Shown here in pieces: positions 14,067 through 26,185 of a DNA stretch of 50,575 nucleotides. How positions within the stretch are numbered: position 1 is the first letter of the stretch; each line of letters opens with the position of its first letter. The translations under genes were made by a program, and so were the position numbers. This stretch comes from Conidiobolus incongruus B7586. Taxonomy: Eukaryota. The DNA is taken from NCBI GenBank assembly GCA_000697335.1, contig JNEM01008164.1:1-50575 (forward strand), read 5' to 3'. The notes beneath the pieces were generated by a model. That model worked only from the letters and a program-made list of their open reading frames with translations, did not search any database and was not told the origin of the DNA.

Positions 14067-14138
14067 TCCGATATGGTCCAGTGGCTAGGATTTCTCGCTC
14101 TCACCGAGACGGCCAGGGTTCGATTCCCTGTATCGGAG
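14067..14138 (+). tRNA. tRNA-Glu (anticodon CTC)
   Basis: 72 nt cloverleaf. Acceptor TCCGATA/TATCGGA, anticodon arm TCTCG-CTCTCAC-CGAGA, T-loop GGTTCGATTCC, followed by a T-run terminator. Confidence 0.97.
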
Positions 14139-15148
14139 TTTTTACTATACTCTATTACTATATATTTTAATTTGAATCAAATAAATATAGAATTAAAACT
14201 AATAACATATTTTGATATCTTGATTTTATATTGAATAATTCCAAATTCAGAATTAATATTCAATATCTAATATCTTCAATTAAAAAAATCATTATTATAA
14301 CTTATATATAAGATCTTTTTTGAATTGGTATAATAAATTTGTTATATAATGAAAAAATATAATGTTATATAAGAGCCAATAACTTTTACGTATCAAGTAC
14401 AATAGCTAAAATATTATAATATAAATTTGAATATTCTCAAATATTCTTATTAGAGGTCTATATCTACGTTTAAATAGTGTTTATAAAATATAAATCCAAA
14501 TCATATTTAATAAAGTTTATTTTTTCAAATGTTAGACTTAAAATTATTAAAAAATATAAGATTTTAATTATTTTAATAATAATCCTCAAGTTAGAAATTA
14601 ATCATACTAAAATATCCAAATAAATCGTGCGATAACATATTATTGATCAATAAAAAATATTCCAGGTTTTATATCTAATTATGTTTATTTTTGAATTTGA
14701 AATAGATTAAATATAGCGAAAAATATTAATTTTTCAAATTTTAATTTCAACAAAATCCTATTTATGTACACTAGTTAATAAATATCTAGTAACAATGATA
14801 TTAATATACTCATATCAATGTTAGTTTTACTTAATATATGATTCTTTTGGAATTTTTTAATATTTACCCATGAATAAAAATGGCGCAATAATTGTGAATT
14901 ATCCCATAAATATTTAAATGGATTACATAATCATTAACATTATATAAATTGAAATGACGTGTAAGGATCAAAGCCAAAGACTTTAAAATTTAAAAGTACT
15001 GATTTTTAATTTTTATTAATTTTGATTTACTTCAAATAAAATCAACTTAAATCGACTATTATCTGTCCATTTATATATTTATTAATTGGGTAAACTTACA
15101 ACTTGACCATTTTCTCTCCAATTGCTGTAAACACCCAAGACCATTTTC

Positions 15149-18100
15149 ATGACCTTGAACGCAGGTTATCACCTCCTTAATAGGATAGGGGCAACCTTAG
15201 CAAGTTTGAGTTCTGCAGTCGAAATTAATACTTTCAAAGCGACTATGACTCATTTTCCGCCCCTGCCTAAACAAAGTATAAATATTGGCATTAAATCTAA
15301 AATTGCTTCATATTCTACTGTATCTCTGAACCAAACAAAGTTCAACCCCAGATTGGAAGCTCTAAACACAAGAAGTTTTTATCAGTCTTCAATACTTCTT
15401 AAGAAGAAGAAAAAAGATGACCCAGATCTTCATGACAAACCCGCTAAAGATAAAGACGCTGATAAGAACAAACCTAGTGAAGACTCCAACTCTGAACAAG
15501 AACAAAATAAAAACGAACCCACACCTGAAACCCAATCTGATACCCTCGAATCGGACTCCAACTCGAATCAAAAAACACCTAACTTGAAATCTGCAAGAAG
15601 GGCTTTAGAAGTTCTAGAAACTTCTGTTTCTAAACCTACGATCCCCGAGGAATATCCCCAAGTTCTCGCTTTACCCATTACTCGTCGACCTCTCTTCCCT
15701 GGATTTTATAAAGCTGTAGTCATCAAAGATACTCAAGTAATCGCTGCTATCAAAGAATTAATGAAACGTGGACAACCTTATATTGGCGCTTTTATGTTAA
15801 AAGATGACAAACTTGATATTGATACAATCGAAAACATTGATCAGATCTACAACGTTGGCATTTTTGCCCAGATTACGAGTATTTTCCCCTCGAACTCTGG
15901 TGAAGATAATTCTTTGACAGCTGTTTTGTACCCCCACAGAAGGATTAGAATGGAAAGTTTGATCAATTCAAAGGTCGCTGATAAATCTGATGAATCTGAC
16001 AAATCAGAAAAGCCAGAACATCCGGAAGCATCGGAAGTACCAGAAGCTGAATCAACAAAGGAATCTGCTGTCACTCAATCTACCATTGTCAGCTCGATCT
16101 TGGAAAACAAATTTTCTGTGTCTATCGGTAACGTTGTGAATCTCAAGGATGAACCCTATAACAAGCGTAATCCTGTCATTCGCGCGATTACTACGGAAAT
16201 GGTAAGTGCTTTCAAGGACATTGCTGCTTTAAACACTTTTTCCGCGATCAAATTGCCAATTTCTCAATTGCTCAATATGCTGGAAATGTGTTTGATGAAC
16301 CCGGAAAACTCGCTGACTTTGCTGCTGCTATGAGTGCTGGTGAACCTCACGAAATTCAAGAAGTTTTAGAAAGCTTAGTTATTGAAGAGAGACTCCAAAA
16401 GAGTTTGGTCCTTTTGAAGAAAGAACTCGTCAATGCTCAACTTCAATCTAAGATTTCTAAAGATGTCGAAGCTAAAATTGCCAAGCGTCAAAGAGAATAC
16501 TATTTGATGGAACAACTCAAAGGTATCAAAAAGGAACTGGGTCTTGAATCTGATGGCAAAGATAAACTTGTAGAACAATTCCGTCAAAGAGTTAGTACCT
16601 TGACTATGCCTGAAGAAGTTAGCAAAGTTTTCGATGAAGAAATCAATAAACTTGCTCACCTTGAACCCGCTTCATCCGAGTTTAATGTCACCCGTAATTA
16701 TTTAGACTGGATTACCATGATCCCTTGGGGCAAGCGAAGCGAAGAAAACTATCACATTCCACACGCCAAAAAAGTTCTTGATGAAGATCACTACGGTTTA
16801 AAAGATGTCAAAGATAGAATTCTTGAATTCATTGCTGTTGGCAAATTGAGAGGCACTGTTGAAGGAAAAATTATTTGTTTAGCAGGACCTCCAGGTAATT
16901 CATTTATCATTCAATATATTTATTTTACTTATATTTCCTATTAGGTGTTGGTAAAACTTCTATTGGTAAATCCATTGCTCGCGCTTTATCTAGAGAATTC
17001 TATCGCTTCTCAGTTGGTGGTTTGACTGATGTTGCCGAAATTAAAGGTCACAGACGTACCTACGTTGGTGCTATGCCTGGTAAAGTTGTTCAAGCTCTGA
17101 AAAAAGTTCAAACAGAAAATCCTCTAATTTTAATTGATGAAATTGACAAGATTGGACGTGGTCATCAAGGCGACCCTTCTTCTGCTCTTTTGGAACTACT
17201 TGACCCTGAGCAAAATGGTGCTTTCTTAGACCATTATATGGATGTTCCTATTGATCTATCTCGTGTTTTATTCGTTTGTACTGCGAATGTTATTGACACC
17301 ATCCCTGGTCCTCTATTAGATCGTATGGAAGTCATTCAACTTTCCGGATACATTGCCGAAGAAAAACGTGCTATTGCCTCTACCTACCTTGCCCCTGCTG
17401 CCATGAAGAGCTGTGGATTAGAAAACTCCAAAGTCAACCTTCACACTGATGCTATTGATGACTTGATCAAATATTACTGCAGAGAAAGTGGTGTTCGTAA
17501 TTTGAAAAAGCAAATTGAAAAGATTTATCGTAAGGCTGCCTTCAAATTAATTGATCAGCTTTCTTCAGATGATACCAACAAAGGTTCCACTACAGAAGGC
17601 GAAACCAAGACTCAATCCAAATCTAACAAGAAAGCAAAGGCTGCCAACCTAAACTAGATGTAAGCACATTGTCTCTCGATATTACCTCTAAAAATCTCAA
17701 AGATTTCGTTGGATCACCTATCTTTACTTCCGACAGATTGTATGACCAAACCCCCCCTGGCGTCGTCATGGGCTTGGCTTGGACTAGTATGGGTAAATAT
17801 TTTCTCCTATATTTTAATACTTAGTCTAACATTTTAAATTTTAGGTGGATCTTCCCTTTACATAGAATCTGTATTGGAATCTCCCATTACTTCTAAATCT
17901 AAACCCCATTTCACCAAAACTGGACAAATGGGTGACGTGATGAAAGAATCAACCACCATTGCTCAGACTTTTGCCAAAAGCTATCTCGCTAGAAAATTCC
18001 CGAACAACCGCTTCTTCGAAAAGGCTGCAGTTCATCTCCACATTCCTGAAGGTGCCACTCCCAAAGACGGTCCTTCCGCTGGCATTACTATGACTACTTC

Positions 18101-18416
18101 TCTTCTCTCTTTAGCTCTTAATAAACCCGTTCCTTCAACAATCGCCATGACTGGTGAATTAACCCTCACTGGCAAAGTTCTTAAAATTGGTGGACTCAAA
18201 GAAAAAACCATTGCTGCCAAACGCTCTGGAGTTACTACCGTTCTCTGCCCAGCATCCAATCGCCCTGATTGGGAAGAGCTTCCAGACCATATCAAAGAAG
18301 GTGTTGAAGTCAAGTTTATCGAATGGTATGATGAAATTCCTCATATTTTGGGACTTACTCAAGACAACAGATCCCCAGACTGGCTTAAAAAAGATGATCT
18401 CTATGATCAAGAGTAA
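15149..18416 (+). CDS. PIM1: Mitochondrial Lon protease; two apparent -1 frame breaks (~16235 and ~17627-17654)
   Basis: Presequence-like N-terminus, RRPLFPGFY, Walker [25 protein letters not shown] (catalytic Ser), IGGLKEK. Introns 16895-16944 and 17793-17844. Confidence 0.93.
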
Positions 18417-19242
18417 ATTGAATTGATCTAATATATTGTATTATTTTTGATATTCTCATGTATTTATCTATATTTTATATAATTCAATTTATTATAAACA
18501 TCATATAACTATTCATATTTAGACTCAAAATTTAATTAATCATTATTGAGTACCAAATGTGATCAATATAAGTATAAACATGAATATGAAATTTCAAAGG
18601 AATTATCCTGATATTATATTATATTTATTATAATATATTAAAATCTAATTTAAAAAATGGAAATGATTTATGATTGAAAAAAAATAAAATTTTAAATAGA
18701 AAAAACAAAATAAATATTAGTATAAAATTAATTAATAAAATTTAATACATCTATTTTGGTTGGTCCATGCTATAATAACTTTACCATATCTATTATATTA
18801 ATACAAATATCATTATCTTTTTATACAAAAATTATTGAATCTACAAATATAACATTTTTATATCACTCAAATTTACATTTTGATTTGAATTTAAAATTGA
18901 CAATTTAAGATTAAGTCTAGAAATTATTATGAATAGATGTTTTCTAATCTCAATCCTTAATCCATTATTTTATATAAATCTTATTTTTATAAACTAACAT
19001 GAAAATAATAATTTATATTTTTATATAATTAAATAATAAAATTTGGTTGTATTTATATTAATAGTAAAATTGAGCAAAATATTATTAAGCATACACCTAA
19101 AACTCATTTATGATCTATTATTATATTTATCAGAGATATTGAGTTAAATTTCAATATTTTACAAAAATGCCCTTTGATTGAAACAAAATTATTAATGAAA
19201 AATATAATGATATGAAAAAAACTTGTAAAAGGTCCAAAAGGA

Positions 19243-19314
19243 CTCCGATACAGGGAATCGAACCCTGGCCGTCTCGGTGAGAGCGAGAAATCCTAGCCAC
19301 TGGACCATATCGGA
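19243..19314 (-). tRNA. tRNA-Glu (anticodon CTC), identical to 14067-14138
   Basis: Exact reverse complement of the first copy, with T-runs downstream on the minus strand. Confidence 0.97.
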
Positions 19315-19836
19315 TTATGACAATGTTTTATTCAATTTTAATATACATTTTTATTCCTTTCCCTATAAATTTTATAAATCCACACTTTACTATTCTAATT
19401 CAATCAATATATTTCAACTTTTTTCAATTATAATTTCATTTCGCTTTAATTTATACCAAATTATATTTTCAATTATATATCAATAAAATCTTTCATTTTT
19501 TTCAAATTTCATAAATATATTACTATAGCATCTCTTCTCTAAATATTCATCCATTTCACTTAATTTCTTAATAACGGATATTCTATAACGAAAATGGTAA
19601 TAATTTTGTGTGAAAAATTACTTTTGATAAATCCCATACTAAAATTAAATTGAAATTTTAATTTTAAGTAATTATTAAAATAAATGAATACCCTGCTTTT
19701 CATTTAATAAATTTTAAAACTCAATTTATAAATTCAATCACCCTTCATTTAATAAATATAAAGTTGAAATACAAAGAACATTTGTTAGATTCATTAATAT
19801 CATTGATTTTTACAATATATTATTTTATTTTTCAAA

Positions 19837-22800
19837 ATGAGAACTGATAAAATTGAGCAACAACTTGAGGCCGACCCTTATAATACAGAATTATGGAATA
19901 TGTTGCTAGTTCAGGCTCATAATGGAGATGATATTGATTTAGTTCGCAGCATTTATGAAAAAGTTTTAGGTCAATTTCCCACTTGTGTAGGTCTATTTTA
20001 CTTTATCAATGACAATATCAATAATCAAATTTACTAATTTGACAGGCTCGATTTTGGATTGGATATGCTGAATTTGAATTAAAAAATCAAGACTATGGCC
20101 GCTTGGAGCAAATATTTACGAGATCACTTCAAATGATCCCTTCGTTAGAACTTTGGAAGGTATATTTACAATATATCCGTAAAACTAATAGTGAAGCCGA
20201 TGGTACCCCCAAAGGAAGTCAAGGGCGTGAAACTATTAATAAGGCATATGAGACTGGATTGCAGCATATTGGACTTGACAAGGATTCAGGATCCGTTTGG
20301 CTAGAGTATTTGGAATTTTTAAAGAGTGCTCAGGTATGTAGTATTTTTATTTTTGTAATTGAATTTGTTTATTTTTACTTCACCTTGTTTTTAACTTTCA
20401 AGCTTAAAGCTATTAATCAAATAAACTACAGAGTAAACAATGATTATTCTGTTATCCAGTTTTCTAAATCACTGGGATTTCCTTCATTTCTATTAAAAAT
20501 ATCAATTTATATTTACCATTTATAACTATAATCATCCAATTATTCTATTTCTCATATCATTACTGGTAGTCAATCCTCGTCATTATAACTATTTTATGTT
20601 TACGTTTATTATATATATTTTTATAAAACAGGTTTTAATTTAATTATTTTATCTTAGACTATGAATAAATGGGAAGAAGAGCAGAAGGTTGATATGATTA
20701 GAAAAGTATTTCAAACAGCCCTCTGCATTCCATTAATTAATATCGAACAATTGTGGAAAGATTATGATTCATTTGAAAATCAAGTTAACAGAATGACAGT
20801 AATTGTTTTTATCAATTTATACTTTTCAATGTATTAAATGCAGCCATTTCATAGGCTAAAACTTTCCTCACTCAGCATTCTCCAACATATATGACTGCTC
20901 GCACAGCTCTCAAGGAATTGAAATCTCTAACAGATCCTCTACAAATTTCTTTGAAATCAATCCCTCGTCCTCCAGATTTTTCTACTAAAGACGTTAAATT
21001 GGTATATATATATAATTATAATAATTATTAAATCAAATAGTATTAACAATCATTTAGCTTAATCAATGGAAATCTTATATTAAATGGGAACAATCAAATC
21101 CACTTCATTTTGAGCAGCCTGATTTACTTCAGAGTAGAATTATTTTTGCTTTTAAACAAGCTCAAATGGCTCTTCGTTTTTATCCGGAAATTTGGTTTGA
21201 ATTGGCTCAGTATTACATGAAGCTTGGTATGTCTTCTCTTGCTGAAGCTACCTATAAAGCTGCTACTGAAGCCAATCCAACTAGGTACTTAAAATATACA
21301 ATTGATAAAATATATAGCTAATTATTCTACTACAGCGTACTTTTAACTTGTGCATATGCTGAATATCAAGAATCCAATCAGCTTTTTGCCCAAAGCAAAG
21401 AAATTTATGAGCAATTTATTGAGGAAATTACTAAAAGTTTAGAAAATATCACTGCAAAAATGGAGCTTGAACTGAAAAACTTTGATGAACAGCCACTTTC
21501 ATTACCTCCTGGTGAAGATCAAATTCCAGAAGGCGAAATCGACGGCGAGTATAGAGAAAAACTTCGTGCTCTTGAACGAAAAAAAGGTCTACAGCGCCTT
21601 GAGCTCAAAAAAACTTTTGATGATGAAATTGATAAATTGAAGCAGAAGGCTTCTCTTGTTTGGATTCATTATATGAAATTCGCTCGTCGTACTGATGGCA
21701 TCAAAGGTGCTAGAGCAGTTTTTGCTCAAGCCAGAAAATCACAGTGTATTTCATATCACGTCTTTATCTACTCAGGTATTTTGATTTTTGAATCATCATT
21801 TAAAAATTTATACTAAATATTTATTTAGCATTAATGGAATTCTATTGTGGAAAAGACACTGTTGTCCCTGGTAAAGTGTTTGAACTTGGATTGAAAAGCT
21901 ATAGTGAAGAACCAATTTATATTGTTGAGTATATGAAGCACCTGATGAGAATGAATGATGATACAAGTAAAAATTTATTAATCAAATCAATCATTTAACT
22001 CAGACAATTGATTTTAGATATTCGCGCTTTATTCGAAAGAAGCTTGAATGCCATCAGTCCAGAGCATGCTAAACCTATATGGAATACCCTTATTGGTTTT
22101 GAGAGCTTGTATGGAGACTTGATTGCTATTCAAAAGCTTGATGAAAGATTAGGAGAAGCTTATCCTCATAGTAAGTAATATTGCCTTTAAGGTTCTTATT
22201 TTCTAATCAACAGTTATAGTTTCATTAACTTCTCGTTTTGCGGATCGTACTAACTTTTTGAACTTGAATATTGAATCTGAACTTGGCCCGATTGGTAATA
22301 AATCTTATATAATTCTAAATGCATACACTCAGTAATACTTTTTAGCCACAATATCTAAACCTGAAATAGATACTTCAACAGAAAAATCAAAAGAAACTAC
22401 TATTGAAGAGAAAGCACCAGTCAAGGGTAAAATGTTACTTGTTTCTGTCCAACCTGCCAAGTTTGCCAAACCTGATTTTCCTAAATGGAATTTCTATAAG
22501 CCTACCGCTGATGCTGCTGCATCGGCCAATACTAATTCAGGGACTCCTAATGCTGTTCCACCTCCAGTAAATCCACAAATAAAAGAAAAGCCCAGAGCTG
22601 TCCCACCTCCTAACCTGTCACACACTCATTCCTTGCCTCCTCCAGCTCCTCTACCTGCCAATGTACCCGAAGCTGTTGGCTATTTGCTCACCAAATTACC
22701 TGCACCTACTTCTTATAACGGTAAGTGAAAATTCAAATACATTAACTTAATTATGTGACACAAAGCTTTAGGCCCTATAATACCCCCTGAACCTCTAATT

Positions 22801-23436
22801 GATATCCTTAAAACACTACGAACTGCTCATCCTGAACATCCTCCATCAGGTGGTCACTTCCCTCCTCCTCACATGGGGCACGAATTTGATGGTGGTAGCT
22901 CTGGGCCCCATACTCCAAGGGCACATCATATGCCAAATCTCAATTTCCAAGCTGGACCCAGACCTCGTCCGATGCAAATGCAGCATCACACTCCTTCTCA
23001 ACATCTACAGCATGCTCCACAAGTTCAGCCTCAACCCCAGCATCAGCACCCTAATGCACCTTATAATAAGCATCCTAGAGTATTTATTTTCATCTTTTTC
23101 TATTCAAGTCATCTAATTATTATTAGGGTAATATTCGACTTCCTCATGCACATTTCAGACCTAATAATCCTCAGGGTCAATATAATCGACCCCAGCCTTC
23201 TCATCATCCATTAGCTGGAGGTCCTGATGAATCAAGTAATTATCAATTATTTCTTAAAATAACTATTTTTACTCATCCATTTCATAGATAGATCAAGAGG
23301 AAGATATAAACGATTTAGAGGTGGTCATAACCCGCATTATCCTAACGAATTCCAGCATCCCAACCAGTACCAGCATCCTAATAATATGAATGGAAACCCC
23401 AACTGGCAGCCAGGGCCTCATCACCATCCGATGTAA
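19837..23436 (+). CDS. RNA14: mRNA 3'-end processing factor Rna14/CstF-77 (HAT repeats), many introns
   Basis: PSLELWKVYLQYIRK, IGLDKDSGSVWLEYLEFLKS, IEQLWKDYDSFE, WKSYIKWEQSNPL, VWIHYMKFARRTDGIKGARAVF, KVFELGLK. First exons 19837-19986, 20046-20333, 20658-20798, 20855-21001. H/P/Q-rich tail to TAA 23436. Confidence 0.92.
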
Positions 23437-23658
23437 ACATTTTGTTAAAAAATCATAGTATCACATTATCATTTGATTAATATAAAATATCAATTTTACT
23501 TTGATTCAAATATATTTGCATGAATTGATGATAAACATAATATAAATGAATAAATTTTAATTTTTATCTATAAAATTCAAACCACAATTCAAAAATTTTA
23601 TAAAATAAATTAATTGTGACAGTTTTTTCCACTTAAAATTAAATTATTCAATTTAATA

Positions 23659-24182
23659 ATGAATCAATATATTCTACCAGCCATCATATCAGGTGTATTT
23701 GCCTGTTTAAATAGTTTATTAACCAAATTAGTTATTGATCATCAATTAATCTCTATTTTAAATCAATTCAATATTCCTATATCTGATGACAAGGTAAGTA
23801 TACTTTATTACTCATATACATTATACTAAACGAATGTTTTAGATCATCTATTATGTTAGATTTTTAATGTTAATCTTAACAGGGCTAAGTAATTTATTAA
23901 TGTGGATATGTTTTACCAAAGCTTTAAATTTAAGTGAAAACTCTATTCAAGTCATTACTTTGAATAACTGTGCTAATTTATTATTCAGTGTAAGTATTTA
24001 ATAATGTAATATAAATTGATTCATTAATCATATGTGAATAATAATAGGGTATAATGGGATATCTGTTATTGAATGAAACAATCAATATCAAATGGATATT
24101 TGGAATAATCTTAGTAGTGACGGGTAGCTACTTATTAAATCAAAGCAATGAAACACAAGATGCAAAGTCTAAAAAAGATTAA
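23659..24182 (+). CDS. TMEM42-like small EamA/DMT membrane protein, 3 exons (not in ORF track)
   Basis: Spliced product MNQYILPAIISGVFACLNSLLTKL...NLLMWICFTKAL...NLLFSGIMGYLLLNETINIKWIFGIILVVTGSYLL. Two GTAAGT...AG introns. Confidence 0.8.
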
Positions 24183-24201
24183 AAGATTAAACAGATTGAG
24201 T

Positions 24202-25045
24202 TTAATTATTACTAGAATTTAATAGTTGTTCTAAAATTTTGTCGTGATCAAAGTTCAATTTAATTTGATGTAAATCGAAACCGATATCTATATAAGGCTT
24301 AATCCAACCTTGATCTAAAAATTTCAAATCTTTTTCTAAGAGGGGTGGCGCATACACGGACGCCCAAAATCCTGCTGTATTGCTGAATTCGGAATAGTTG
24401 TTGGTGAATTGCTTAGCTACCTCAGCATCCTAAATTAGTGTAAATTATTTGTTATTGATGTTTATATATGTTTTAATTACTTGGGGGTCGTTGGACTCAG
24501 GAACCAATAATAAAGTTCTAAAGGTTATTATTAGTGACCATTTTGTACTTAATACATCTAAACAAATAGCGCCCTATCCAAAAGTTGATAACCTCAATAT
24601 AATAATACAAAAATAAAATACAGTCTGAGAACTTTTATTAGGATGATAAACTGGTGTGATAAATTTGACTTAAGATGGGGAAAATGGAGCCATTCTATTC
24701 AATTAATGTTTTGGTACATGAAAATAATAAAGATAAATATATAATAGTAATATTTGCTAGTAATTCTATACTCAAATCAAAAAAACCCTTTAAATCCAAG
24801 CCAATACCTAATAATAATATAATTTGAGCATATATTTTACTTTCATAAACAGAATTTTTAGGATCTCTTATTCTAGCAGTAAACTTATCTAAATACCATT
24901 GTTAATATTGTATCACGGTACCAATGATATTCATGAATTACTGATTTCACTAGTGTGATAATTTTTGAAGGGGAAATCTTTGTCAAATCTTTCACAATCC
25001 TTCAAATCTCTAGTTAATCTATTTAAATCCTTGTTTTTAAATTAA
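24202..25045 (-). pseudogene. Ubc1-like ubiquitin-conjugating E2 pseudogene (5' end approximate)
   Basis: RLTRDLKDC..., PFSPS*VKFITPVYHPNKSSQT|GAICLDVLSTKWS, NDPQ|DAEVAKQF, UBA-like tail. In-frame TAA at 24670-24672 and an apparent deletion in the SIQALL helix. Confidence 0.8.
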
Positions 25046-26185
25046 TATAGGATTATTAATTCATTTTAGGTTTTTGAATTGATTGACTAGGATATTTTTA
25101 TGGGATTATATACGATCTCATTTCACTTGATCATATTGTTATATTGATTAAAGATAATATAGAACCAAATAATTCTACATATTAACTAATAGCTATGACA
25201 TTTATGATTTAAAATGATCAAAATCAAAATCTATTCACGATATTTAATCTTTTATTGAAAATTAGCGAAAACATTAAATATATATTGATTTTGAATTTCC
25301 ATAATTTTCCTAGCTTATAAAAATCAAGAAATTGCCAAATTAAGCAATATTTTTAATATATTGATATTTTTAAGCTTGACAAAATCTTCAAAAAGGTTAC
25401 ACTATTCCTTGTTATTTTAAGAGTATTTTCACTTGCAAATTGTTGACTCGATTTTAATATCTTGTCATCCTTATACTGCGAAGCTAGTATTTTTAAATTT
25501 AGTTTCGTCATTATTTAATTTGATCACATTTTTTAAATACTCAATTTGATTGATTTAAATTGAAATATATTAGCTCCTGAATGGTTTTATTGTAGTGGAT
25601 AACTCTGCTTGACTCAATATTTTAAAAAAGTTTTGGAAATTCATAAATATTGCTATAATGATGAATAAAATATATAATATAAGCATTTCATTTGTTATAA
25701 TTAGTGCAAAGTGACCGAATTTCATGATTGATATTTGGTTAATTGATGAAATCATTAATGAAAATAAATTGCTCAAAATAATTACTAATTAATCAAATAT
25801 TGGAACAAAAGTTGTGCAAATTAGTGATTTTTCATATTGAAACGCAAACAATTCAAAAAGGTATAAAATCATCCCTTTCATTAGCTACATGAAATGCGTG
25901 AACTTCGGTTAACAATTATGTACTAGTCACATATCTCAAATTTATATGTTATCAAGCACCTCATTTAAATCAATTCTATTTTTAAAAAATAATATAAGCG
26001 AAAATAATCGCAAAGACCCCAAATTTGTAAATATTTAACTGGATTTGACACCCATAAATATTCGCATATTTACACAGCCTTTATTTACTTATACTCAATT
26101 ATCCATAATAACAGTTATTTTAATTCAGTTTTAAATCATTTATATTTCCCATTAACTTGGTTGAATATTAAAATAATCATTCAAT

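Noticed and set aside
16202..16207. GTAAGT perfect donor just before the first Lon break
   Set aside because: The following bases encode conserved Lon sequence ([11 protein letters not shown]) and no suitable nearby AG restores the frame.
19277..19486. 69-aa ORF MRARNPSHWTISD
   Set aside because: Antisense shadow of the tRNA-Glu gene plus AT-rich flank.
25350..25650. Possible decayed gene (faint resemblance to a pyruvate dehydrogenase kinase N-terminus) on the minus strand
   Set aside because: Too weak to support without a database search.
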